From: Pyrobaculum calidifontis JCM 11548
GTDB lineage: Archaea > Thermoproteota > Thermoprotei > Thermoproteales > Thermoproteaceae
NCBI RefSeq assembly: GCF_000015805.1
Contig: NC_009073.1
Location: 1,710,001 to 1,742,000 of the forward strand
Reading direction: 5' to 3'
Length of the DNA: 32,000 nt
Part shown: in pieces, positions 8,843 to 18,997 of the stretch
Layout: each line of letters opens with the position of its first letter
How positions within the stretch are numbered: the stretch's first letter is position 1
The notes under the pieces: model-generated
What the model saw: only the letters and a program-made list of their open reading frames with translations
The model's database searches: none
What the model was told of the DNA's origin: nothing
Translations under genes and position numbers: made by a program

Positions 8843-9839
8843 TCTTGACTGCCCGGAGCGCCCTCTCCAAGTTCTCCAAAACCCTCAGCTGAGCCTCGTC
8901 CATATCCACCTCTCCCCCACGCAGGTCCAGCTCCTCGGCGTACGCGTCCCCCACCCTCCTCAAGTGGAACCGGTAGACCTTGACAGAGGGCCGCTCGCCC
9001 ACATCCACGCCGAGCTCCCCAGGATTCGGGTGAGCCGCCAAGGCCGCAACCCACGCAGTGAGAAGGTCGCTGTGGGTAGTGACCAAGAACCCCTTGCCCC
9101 GGGACGCCTCGGCGTATAAAAACTTGGCAAACTCAAACACGGCGTCGTCGTGGAGATGGGCCTCCGGCTCCTCAAGCACGAGATTCCGACAGCCGCCACG
9201 CCTAGCCAAATCCGCCAGAGAAACCACCATCGACGAGGGATTCCTCACCTCCACACCCCCCTCAAACACAGCCTCCTGAGAAACCACAATGTCAAACGCC
9301 GACGCCAGCCACCTAGCCGCAGCCGGGTATAGGCTATTACACCACTCCAGAGTAGACCAGGGGTAGAAAAGCGGGTCAAAATCGAAGAACCCCTCCCTCC
9401 CAACCCTCAGACTCTCCTCCACCTGCTTAGCCGCAGCCTCCACCAAGTCGCCCCCCACCTTAAAATTCCCCAACACATCCTTTTCGACAAGGAGGACTCT
9501 GCCCCCGTAGTTCAGCTTAACCACCACAGACTTCGCACCAGCCCTAACAGGAATCTCCAAAGCAAAGTCCTCGAGCTGTTGTAGAAACAGCTCAGACAAA
9601 GGCCGCTCTTTGACGGAACGCCCCCGCCTCCTCTCCGCAAGCGCCTTCGCGTACTCGACGGACGCCCTGTACAACGCCGTTGTGACAGCCGCCAGAGACC
9701 TAGCCACAATGCTCTTACCAGCCCTATTCACACCCACAAAGAGAGTAAGGCGGGCCACCTCAACCGACACCCGCTCCAAAGGCCCCAAATTCCAACCCTC
9801 AAACAGCACAGCCCCCACACACCCGGAGAATAAAAACAA
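8820..9839 (-). CDS. ABC/SMC-like (AAA_15/AAA_21, OLD-type) ATPase
   Basis: Walker A FVGVNRAGKS, Walker B plus D-loop NLVLEEPEAHLH, and H-loop VTTHSDLL. It lies 13 nt downstream of paralogue A on the same strand. The true start may be an internal GTG (9818 or 9809). Confidence 0.8.
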   Translation of the reverse strand: MFLFSGCVGAVLFEGWNLGPLERVSVEVARLTLFVGVNRAGKSIVARSLAAVTTALYRASVEYAKALAERRRGRSVKERPLSELFLQQLEDFALEIPVRAGAKSVVVKLNYGGRVLLVEKDVLGNFKVGGDLVEAAAKQVEESLRVGREGFFDFDPLFYPWSTLEWCNSLYPAAARWLASAFDIVVSQEAVFEGGVEVRNPSSMVVSLADLARRGGCRNLVLEEPEAHLHDDAVFEFAKFLYAEASRGKGFLVTTHSDLLTAWVAALAAHPNPGELGVDVGERPSVKVYRFHLRRVGDAYAEELDLRGGEVDMDEAQLRVLENLERALRAVKNALRAGR

Positions 9840-9852
9840 AACGCCCCCGGCG

Positions 9853-10878
9853 CTACCCCACGTCTACAAAAAGCGAGTAAAAATTCGCGAGGCCCGGCGT
9901 AAAGAGGCCAAGAGGCTCCCCATCAGCCGCCCTAAGCACATGCGGACAGGCGTCAGACAAAGGCCAGTCCAAGACAACGGAATTGGGAACATCCACCTCC
10001 ACCAACTGCGGAATCACAAAAGGCCTAGAACAGCCCCACCCCCGCACCTCCACCACAAGCCCCAGCCTCCTAGCCAAACCAGCCACATACCCCAGCAGAG
10101 CCTCCGCCACCCTCGCCCCCTCCTCTGCGCAAGCCACCAGCCTGGGGGCACCGCATGGGGACGCCGCTTCGTCCACGTCGCCTTGGAAAGGCTCTACCAC
10201 TCTCACATACCCCACCTCGCCGAACTCCGCCAGCGGGTTTTCCACTGTGGGCACGAACTTTGCGAGGTAAAGACCGTCGTCTCCCACGATGACCCAGCGC
10301 CGGGGCGCGCCTTCGGCCCCGTAGTCGAGCACCCCCAACACCCTGTGCCAAGCCAGCCACTGGCCCACCCGGAGGTAGCCGTTGCGCCGCCTAACCACGG
10401 GGAGCTCTTGGCCGAGGAGGGCTGTGCCTCTGCGCGGAAGAACGTGCTTCAGCCCCTCCCTACACCTCCGAAGAGAAATCAGCTCGTCATAGCTGTACTC
10501 CTCCACAGAAACAACCTCAAAACCCTCAGACACCGCCAACTTGTGCAAGATAGGGACAAAGTAGCCCCCCTCCGCCTCTATGTACATATCGCCAGACAAA
10601 AACCACCAACGCGTCGGCGCCCCAGAAGCCAGCAGAGGCGGCATACACCACGGCCTAAACTCAGCCACACCCCCACCCCACTCCCGCCCCTTCCAAAAAG
10701 ACTCCCTAAACCACCTAAGACGCCCAGCGCCACACCGCCTCATATTCTCCAACACGTCCACCATCCACTCAGCCCCCCAAAACACGCTCGTACAATAAGC
10801 CGCACCCACATAGCCGCCGCGCGCCACGCCGTAGACAAACCTATCATAAATCCTACAGCAACGCGCAATAGACGTCAT
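9853..10878 (-). CDS. uncharacterised family-1 protein, type A ('WHRVLGVLD-GDDGLY' core)
   Basis: ATG 10878 overlaps the stop of the upstream gene (ATGA at 10875..10878); the ORF track starts at TTG 10890. Shares a roughly 100-aa core and its C-terminal tail (RPFVIPQLVEVDVP..LDWPLSDACPHVL) with 24348..25304. Confidence 0.75.
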   Translation of the reverse strand: MTSIARCCRIYDRFVYGVARGGYVGAAYCTSVFWGAEWMVDVLENMRRCGAGRLRWFRESFWKGREWGGGVAEFRPWCMPPLLASGAPTRWWFLSGDMYIEAEGGYFVPILHKLAVSEGFEVVSVEEYSYDELISLRRCREGLKHVLPRRGTALLGQELPVVRRRNGYLRVGQWLAWHRVLGVLDYGAEGAPRRWVIVGDDGLYLAKFVPTVENPLAEFGEVGYVRVVEPFQGDVDEAASPCGAPRLVACAEEGARVAEALLGYVAGLARRLGLVVEVRGWGCSRPFVIPQLVEVDVPNSVVLDWPLSDACPHVLRAADGEPLGLFTPGLANFYSLFVDVG

Positions 10879-11939
10879 AAATGCCACCAATGAGCCCCCG
10901 GCCTATAGACACTACACGTATCCGCCAGCGGCCAGTCCAGCGCCTCTCTGCCTAGGGCCACCTCCTCTGGGCTTCCTAACAACACGTGCGGCACGCCCCT
11001 CTCCGCCTCGCATCTATGCCCCAAGCTTCTCAACAAGTCGGTGGTCTCTTCCGTACAGGCCACCAGCCTGGGGGCGCCACACGGAGAGGCGACGTCGTCC
11101 ACGTCCCCCTCGTAAGGCGCAACGACCTTCACGTACCCCACTTCGCCTATCTCCTCTAGAGGCTCCTTAGCGGTGGGCACAAACTCTGCAACATACAAGC
11201 CGTCATCACCCACGACTACCCACTTTTTGGCCGCCTCCCCGGGCTGGTAGTCCAACACCCCCAACACTCTATGCCAAGCCAGCCACTCGCCCACGCGCAA
11301 ATACCCAAGGCGCCTCCTCACCACTGGGAGCTCGGCGCCGAGGAGTGAGCCGCGGCCTGGAAGAGTGAGGGGTGGGCCGATGGGAGACACCACGAGGTTG
11401 TTTGCCTCGTAGGCAGTCCTGGGAGGGGGGCGGTAGAAGACGCACTTACACAAGCTGTAGTCCACCACATCCCCATAGAACCCATGCTGGCGCACAACTC
11501 TAAGCCCGCCCGGAGCCAGTACGTAGGCCACGTCGTCGGCCGGGGGGTACTTGAGGAAGTCAAAAAACTGAGCCACAGGCGCGTATACCCACCACCTAGA
11601 CCCCTCAATAGGCGGCACACAGAGGGGGCGAAAGCCCCCCTCAAAGACCCCCTCTACCACAAAGCCAAAAAGCCTCCACCAACGCCCGCCGAAGATGACG
11701 AAAGGCCTACCGCGGACGTACCCCTCGTAAGGCCACGGAGAAAAGACCTGCCCCACCAGCTCCAAAACCCTCACCCTCTTCTCGCCCCCAGGCACCACGT
11801 AGAAGACAAACCACTCCCCCACCCTCCCCACAAGGTCAGCCCAGCCCAAGTCCCACTCATCCGCATACTGAAGCAAGATGAGACGAGAAGAGCGGTAGAT
11901 AAACAGCTTAAGCTTGTAAAAAGGCGCCAGCGAAATCAT
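10875..11939 (-). CDS. uncharacterised family-1 protein, type B
   Basis: 354 aa. ATGA overlap with the upstream gene at 11936..11939. Collinear with 23014..24078, also 354 aa (CVPP..GSRWW, SPIGPP, core motif, LGHRCEAE, ALGRE..DWPL.DTC). Confidence 0.75.
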   Translation of the reverse strand: MISLAPFYKLKLFIYRSSRLILLQYADEWDLGWADLVGRVGEWFVFYVVPGGEKRVRVLELVGQVFSPWPYEGYVRGRPFVIFGGRWWRLFGFVVEGVFEGGFRPLCVPPIEGSRWWVYAPVAQFFDFLKYPPADDVAYVLAPGGLRVVRQHGFYGDVVDYSLCKCVFYRPPPRTAYEANNLVVSPIGPPLTLPGRGSLLGAELPVVRRRLGYLRVGEWLAWHRVLGVLDYQPGEAAKKWVVVGDDGLYVAEFVPTAKEPLEEIGEVGYVKVVAPYEGDVDDVASPCGAPRLVACTEETTDLLRSLGHRCEAERGVPHVLLGSPEEVALGREALDWPLADTCSVYRPGAHWWHL

Positions 11940-12973
11940 CTAAAACACCTCTCAACAGCCGACTTTAAATCCCTCTCGCCCTTAGGAACGTCGTCGAGCA
12001 AGACAAACCGCGCCACGAGCTGGCGGCCCAAGACCTGATACGTCACAAAAAGCGGCGCCACCCCCACCGACCTATCCAACGCCCTATGCCAGCGGAAAAT
12101 CTGCGACTCCACCCGCGGATAAGCCACGTACTCCAAGGCGCCGTAGCGCTCCGCCAAAGGAGCATCCACCGTCGCCCCCGACCCAGCATCCACCGCAAGG
12201 CCCACCAAGGCAACCCCCCGCCGAGTAAACCGCCGCCCATCAAAAAGCCCCTCCTCAACAAGGCGGTCCAGCTTACCCCTAAAGCCCCTGTACAAATCTT
12301 CAAACGTCCCGCCTTCCACCTTAGACACCTCAAGCCACAGAACCCGCCGGCCATCCTGCATAAGGCCAAGGGCATCTGGGCCATCCCCCCCCCCCCCCAC
12401 CTCAGACGGGAACTTGACGTTGACCACCTGCGGCAGAGGCCCGCCGTGGTACCTCAAGTTAATCACCTCCACCTCCCTAGAAAGCCTCGGCGCCATGGAG
12501 TACTGCGCCAAGTAGCCCCGGTTATACAACTCCTGCAGAAGAGCCACGTACCCCCCAACCCTAAACACCACCACCCCACGCCCCACATAGCCCACCCCCA
12601 CGGGAGGACGCCCACCCGCCTCCACAGCCGCCGCCAAGAGGCCCCACACACCCTCCCGCCCCAGCCTAACACCCTCAGGCTCCCTAGCCGCCAAAACCCC
12701 AAGCCCCACAAGCACATCCCACAGCCCCACACCCCCCACAAAGAGAGACTCCCTACCCCTAAGAGGCTTGAAGGGGATAACCCACGACGAGCCGCCCCCC
12801 TCCACCACCAACGCGTCCCCCACCACTTGTACCCTCGCCTCCGCGTGGGCCACGTGCTCTTGCGCCGCGCCGGCGGCACCTCTTTCAAACACCGCGAGGT
12901 CCGGCCAGTACAGGCGCAGGCGGCCCCCAGACGGCTCCCCCACCACCCGCCCCACCCCCAGCGACTTGTACAC
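11936..12973 (-). CDS. hypothetical protein homologous to the C-terminal third of the giant proteins; PD-(D/E)xK-like core
   Basis: 345 aa with a GTG start. GPDALGLMQDGRRVLWLEVSKV aligns with APDGLALANWNGWRVVWAEVARK (ORF 21003..22991) and LDLLGVGEGGRLVLGEVKAW (ORF 25556..28693). The tail W.RALDR..VAPLF..Y...AVERCFR* aligns with W.DAMDR.KVAPLL.VY...ALYNCFNK*. Confidence 0.7.
   Translation of the reverse strand: MYKSLGVGRVVGEPSGGRLRLYWPDLAVFERGAAGAAQEHVAHAEARVQVVGDALVVEGGGSSWVIPFKPLRGRESLFVGGVGLWDVLVGLGVLAAREPEGVRLGREGVWGLLAAAVEAGGRPPVGVGYVGRGVVVFRVGGYVALLQELYNRGYLAQYSMAPRLSREVEVINLRYHGGPLPQVVNVKFPSEVGGGGDGPDALGLMQDGRRVLWLEVSKVEGGTFEDLYRGFRGKLDRLVEEGLFDGRRFTRRGVALVGLAVDAGSGATVDAPLAERYGALEYVAYPRVESQIFRWHRALDRSVGVAPLFVTYQVLGRQLVARFVLLDDVPKGERDLKSAVERCFR
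12385..12398. repeat. C14/G14 homopolymer tract inside a CDS (in frame, encodes GGGG)
   Basis: Counted directly as 14 consecutive C on the plus strand. On the coding (minus) strand it reads gt[g ggg ggg ggg ggg g]at, giving VGGGGD. Confidence 0.9.
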
Positions 12974-12988
12974 GCGGAGGACCCCCTC

Positions 12989-13956
12989 TCAAACCCCCCG
13001 CAGAACCTCCTCCTCACCACCCCTAAGCTCCAGCTGACGCCTCTCCCCATCCCAGGCCCCCCACGCCGCCCTCCACACGCCCCCCACCTCCACCACGAAG
13101 TAGTAGGTGGCGCCCCGCCGAAACACGAGAAGCCCCTCCCCACTCCACAGCCTCTCAAACCCCTCAGGCGCCGCCCCAGACGCCGCCGCCAGGCCAAAAA
13201 AGCCGTCTACCCCAAGGACAACGTCCCCACGCCCGCGCCCCACGTCCACGAGGCGCGCCGCCACCCCCAAAAGCCTAAGCCCAGCACAGAAGAGGGGCCC
13301 CGCCCCCCGCACCCTCGCCGAGAGGTCCTCCCCAAACTCGACAGCCCTCCCGCCAACCCTAAACGCCAGCCCGCCCGCGTACGTCGCCCTCCACCGCCCC
13401 AGCCGCCCAAGCAGAGCGTCGCGGAACCCACCATAAAGCTCAAGGCCCCGGCGCCCCAGGGTAGAGGAGACCCCCACCTCCCTCAGCAGGCTATGTATCT
13501 CCGCCAAGTCCCCCCACGACACCTCTCCGCCGGCGTATATACCACCCCTAAACCTCTTCCCCACACCCCTCAGCTCAACGAGGACGGGCCTCCCCCACCT
13601 GTAAAACCAAACCCGCGCCCTAAGCCACCCACGCCCCACGTCCAAGACCTCCGCCAAGAGGCGTCCCCCACAGAGAGGCGCAGAGAAGACGCCAAACCCA
13701 GGCGGTACACAAGTCCAGCACACACCTCGCCCCCCAGCACCACAGACCCACCCACGGCCCTGCCCCCAAGCCCCTCAGCCACAGCCCCCACAGCCTCCCC
13801 ACAGCCCCCCTCCACACAGCGCAGGCGGCACCCCACAACCTCAAACACGCCCCCAAACGCGCCAAACCGCCTAGGCCCAAACACAGGCCCCAACACCCCG
13901 TCCACCTTTGCCAACGCCTCAGCAGAGACGCACACAAGCCCCCCGAGGCCTGGCAT
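12989..13956 (-). pseudogene. hypothetical gene, apparently split between two frames (13570..13956 and 12989..13723)
   Basis: Two overlapping minus-strand ORFs each look protein-like on only one side of about nt 13700-13730. A G6 run (ctggggggcgag) and a G5 run lie in the overlap. Very GC-rich, so confidence is low. Confidence 0.35.
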
Positions 13957-13994
13957 AAATAGTTAACGGACACGCCCCGCCGGGGAGAGGAGAG

Positions 13995-14008
13995 AAAAAC
14001 TTTTAAAC
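13995..14008 (+). promoter_or_regulatory. rRNA operon promoter (BRE/TATA: aaaaacttttaaac)
   Basis: This is the only AT-rich element in the GC-rich spacer, about 185 nt upstream of the 16S 5' end. The leader contains acccaccccccggg (14159..14172), complementary to cccgggggtgggt (15690..15702) just after 16S, forming a processing stem. Confidence 0.6.
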
Positions 14009-14191
14009 AAGTGTGTTCTAGGAAGGTCGCGCGTGAGGCCGGGCAAAAGCCCGGCCGAAAATCATCTTCATGTTCCCCGGACGTCCCCCCCTGGGATCCC
14101 CCAGGCCGGGGCGCCGGGGAGAAACCCCCACGCCGCCGCCGAGGAGAAGCCCGGACAAACCCACCCCCCGGGCGGCCTTGCGGCCGTCCGA

Positions 14192-15688
<1,497 letters not shown>

Positions 15689-15749
15689 ACCCGGGGGTGG
15701 GTAGTCCAAAGGGCTTCTCCTCGGCCCCGCAAACCGCCGCTCCGCACGG
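15689..15749 (+). other. 16S-23S internal transcribed spacer, no tRNA
   Basis: About 60 nt between the 16S 3' end and the 23S 5' region, too short for a tRNA. It contains halves of both processing stems. Confidence 0.8.
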
Positions 15750-16229
15750 CAAAGCCGCCCGGTGGATGGCTCGGCTCGGGCGCCGAAGAAGGGCGTGGCA
15801 AGCTGCGATAAGCCCGGGGTAGCCGCAGGCAGGCTTAGAACCCGGGATCCCCGAATGGGGCTTCCTGCCGGGGCCGAATAGGCCCCGGCGCCCCGTAAGG
15901 GGCGGGAACGCGGGGAAAGGAAACATCTTAGTACCCGCAGGAAGGGAAGCCAACAGGGACCCCCTGAGTAGGGGCGACCGAAAGGGGGATAGCCCAAACC
16001 AAATCCTCGCGGGACAACCGTGGGGAGATGTGGGGCTTGGGCCCGGGCAACCGCCGGCGGGCGGTAGCCGAAGTGGGCTGGAATGCCCCGCCGTAGAGGG
16101 TGATAGCCCCGTAGGCGAAACCGCCCGTGGCGGAGTCCCGGGGTCCCGGAGTACCTCGGCTTAGTTTTGCCGGGGGAACGCGCCGGCCACTGGCCGGCAA
16201 GGCTAAGCACGTCCCGAGTCCGATAGCGC

Positions 16230-16263
<34 letters not shown>

Positions 16264-17588
16264 GGAAGGGGGGTGAAAAGAGCCTGAAACCGGGCGGCTA
16301 CAGTGGGGCAGGCCCGAAAGGATGCCCCCTCCCGAAGGAAACCCCGGTGACGGGGGAGTACGAGGGAGGGGGTCCAGGGTCTGCCCTTACGTCTAGAAAC
16401 ACGGGCCGGGGAGTTCACGGCCGTGGCGAGCCTAAGGGGTTCAACCCCGGAGGCGTAGGGAAACCGACAGCCCGCAGCGGGGCAACCCGCGAGGGGCGGG
16501 GTCTTAAAGGGCCCGTAGTCACGGCCGTGAGACCAGAAACCGGGCGATCTAGCCCTGGGCAGGGTGAAGCGGGGCGAAAGCCCCGTGGAGGCCCGAAGGG
16601 GTTCTGATGTGCAAATCGTTCCCATGACCTGGGGCTAGGGGCAAAAGACCAATCAAGCCCGGTGATAGCTGGTTCCCCCCGAAGCGGGTCTCAGCCCGGC
16701 CTCCCCGGAGGCGGCCGGCGGGGTAGAGTACTGATCGGGGGTGCGGGAGCCGAAAGGCTCCGGCCCCCGGTCAAACTCCGAACCTGCCAGCGCCGTAGAA
16801 GGGGGGAGGCGGGGGCGGTGGGGTAAGCCTCCGCTCCGAGACGGGAACAACCGAGACCGGGGTTAAGGCCCCCAAGTGCGGGCTTAGTGTCAATCTAAAA
16901 GGGCGTCCCCCGCCCAAGACAGCGGGGCCGTGGGCCTAACAGCAGCCATCGGCTAAGCAACGCGTAACAGCGGACCCGCCGAGGCGGGGGGCCCCGAAGA
17001 TGTACAGGGACTAAGCCCGCCGCCGAGACCCCGGCCCGCGGGCCGTTGGCCCGCGTGGGGTAGGGGGGCGCGGCCGTGGGGCAGAAGCCGGGCCGTGAGG
17101 TCCGGTGGACCCGCGGCCGACGAAGATCCCGGCGGTAGTAGCAGCGAAGAGGGGTGAGAAGCCCCTCCGCCGGAAAGGACCAGGGTTTCCTGGCAACTTC
17201 AATAGGCCAGGAGTTAGCCGGTCCTAAGGCGGGGCCTAATAGGCACCCGCCGAAAGGGAAACGGGTTAATATTCCCGTGCCGCGGGGGTAGGTTCTGCGG
17301 CAACGCAGGCCCCGTCCCCGACGCCTCGGGATAGGGCGGGCGGGACTGCCGTCCCGCTTAACCGTCGAAGGCCGGGGAGTGCCGTAATGGCGAGAACCGG
17401 CCGAAGGCGGGAATAGCCGGGGGTTTCCCCGGTCCGCCCGACTCCTGGGGCCCGTGAAAAGGGGACGGGGAACGAGCCCCCGCGCCCGTACCGAGAACCG
17501 ACGCAGGTGCTCCTGGGTGAGAAGCCCAAGGCGGCTCGGGTGACCCCGGGCCAGGGAACTCGGCAAATTGGCCCCGTAACTTCGGGAG

Positions 17589-18212
17589 AGGGCGCGGCGG
17601 AGGATTTAATTTATAGGATCCATCGGAAGCTGTGAGGGACGCGAGGGAGCGTTTAAATCAACTCATTGGATTTCTTGTAGGCGATGGATTTTACTACATG
17701 AAGAGGAGCAGGAAAAACTACTTAGTTGGATTTGTCCAGAGCTCTAAGAGGAGAGAAATACCAGAAGTCTACAAATCGTTGCTGTCGATAATATTTAACA
17801 GAAAGCCCATTGAGGAAAGAGCGCCAAACAATGTAGTAAAGGTATATATCTATTCAAAAGACGCATATTATTTCTTCAAGGAGATAAAAGACGATCCAGC
17901 CAAATATTTCCGCCAAATTCCGCCGGAGGAGAAGATAAAATTCCTAGGCGGGTTCACAGACGCAGAAGGAACAGTTAAGAGGGATCGAATTATTTTATAC
18001 AACGCCAATAGGGATTTGCTCATTGAAATACAGGAATTTTTGAAGACGCTTGGAGTCAGATCTACTCTACACTACCACCATGGTGCATATGAGCTACACA
18101 TATGGGAGAAAAGGAGCAGGGAGATAATTATGGCTCTCTGTAAGAATTACTCCTCCAAAATATCCTCCCTTTTCTCTTAACTCTTTCTCTTAACTCCGCC
18201 GCGCCCCCCGAG
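17589..18212 (+). mobile_element. archaeal (BHB-type) 23S rRNA intron 1, about 624 nt
   Basis: The conserved exon sequence cttcgggag|aaggggtgcctgc is interrupted. The intron base helix gggcgcggcggag (17590..17602) pairs perfectly with ctccgccgcgccc (18194..18206). The junction is ambiguous by up to 3 nt because of a repeated 'aga'. Confidence 0.85.
17632..18180 (+). CDS. LAGLIDADG homing endonuclease (double-motif), intron 1-encoded
   Basis: 182 aa with a GTG start. Motifs LIGFLVGDGF and FLGGFTDAEGT. Strikingly AT-rich, roughly 40% GC by eye, inside a roughly 68% GC rRNA. Confidence 0.9.
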   Translation: MRDARERLNQLIGFLVGDGFYYMKRSRKNYLVGFVQSSKRREIPEVYKSLLSIIFNRKPIEERAPNNVVKVYIYSKDAYYFFKEIKDDPAKYFRQIPPEEKIKFLGGFTDAEGTVKRDRIILYNANRDLLIEIQEFLKTLGVRSTLHYHHGAYELHIWEKRSREIIMALCKNYSSKISSLFS

Positions 18213-18444
18213 AAGGGGTGCCTGCGGTCTTGGGGTATACCCCCGGGACCGCAGGTCGCAGTGGCAAGGGGGACCTGACTGTTTAACAAAAACATAGGTC
18301 CCCGCGAGCCCGTAAGGGTGTGTACGGGGGCTGAATCCTGGCCACTGGCGGTACGTGAACCCCGGGTACAACCGGGCGAAGCGCCGCTGAAGGCCGGGGG
18401 TAACTCTGACCCTCTTAAGGTAGCCAAATGCCTTGCCGGGTAAG

Positions 18445-18997
18445 GGCTGGTGGCGGGGGTCATCTTTATGTCCTCAGTAGCCTATCTGCTCGGCCTAATT
18501 GTGGGGGATGGCGGGCTGTACCTTCTCCGCTACAAAGGCGGCCGTACCGAATACAGAGTTGTGGTGACTCAAAAAGACGCCGCCATTGCCGAAAACGCGG
18601 CTAAGATGTTTCATTCGTTGCTCAAGGAGCTCGGCTTGGGATCTAAGGTTCAGGTAATAAGTGGGCGTACCCGCGTAGAGGTGCGGGTCTCGAGCAAGCG
18701 CCTTTGGCAGCTCTTCAACGACAAGCTGGCCAACCTAGAGGGCTTGGCGCCCGACGAGAGGATCGCCTTCATTAGAGGGCTCTACGACGCTGAGGGGGAC
18801 AAGACCGGGAGGAGGGCTAGGCTCTGGAACAAGAACCGCCGGCTTCTAGACCTCGTGGGGAGCTGGCTGAGGGAGTTGGGAATCGAGAGCAGAGTCTACC
18901 TTGACGACAAGAGACACGGGGTCTACGTCTTGGAGGTGCCATCCCCCTACAGAAGGAGGTTTTTCGAATTGTTGTACCCGCCCCAGCCCCCCGATAG
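18445..18997 (+). mobile_element. archaeal (BHB-type) 23S rRNA intron 2, about 553 nt, at the I-DmoI-type site
   Basis: The exon sequence gccttgccgggtaag|ttccggcgtgcatgaatgg is interrupted. The base helix ggctggtggcggg (18445..18457) pairs with cccgccccagcc (18978..18989) with one bulge. Confidence 0.85.

Noticed and set aside
9610-10893. 427-aa plus-strand ORF
   Set aside because: It is antisense to the ATPase and to family-1 gene A. Its sequence is Pro/Arg/His-rich and low-complexity, with no motifs.
12086-13966. The longest ORF in the region (626 aa, plus strand)
   Set aside because: Its composition is extremely Pro/Arg/His/Thr-rich and low-complexity (PPPSKPPPIKKP...). It is exactly antisense to the minus-strand genes that have paralogues and coupled start/stop overlaps. 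This is a typical shadow ORF in GC-rich DNA.
15689-15749. A tRNA in the 16S-23S spacer, or a 5S rRNA after 23S
   Set aside because: The spacer is only about 60 nt and forms processing-stem halves. The 19.95-20.15 kb region shows no 5S-like or tRNA-like sequence. Unlinked 5S and a tRNA-free ITS are normal for Crenarchaeota.
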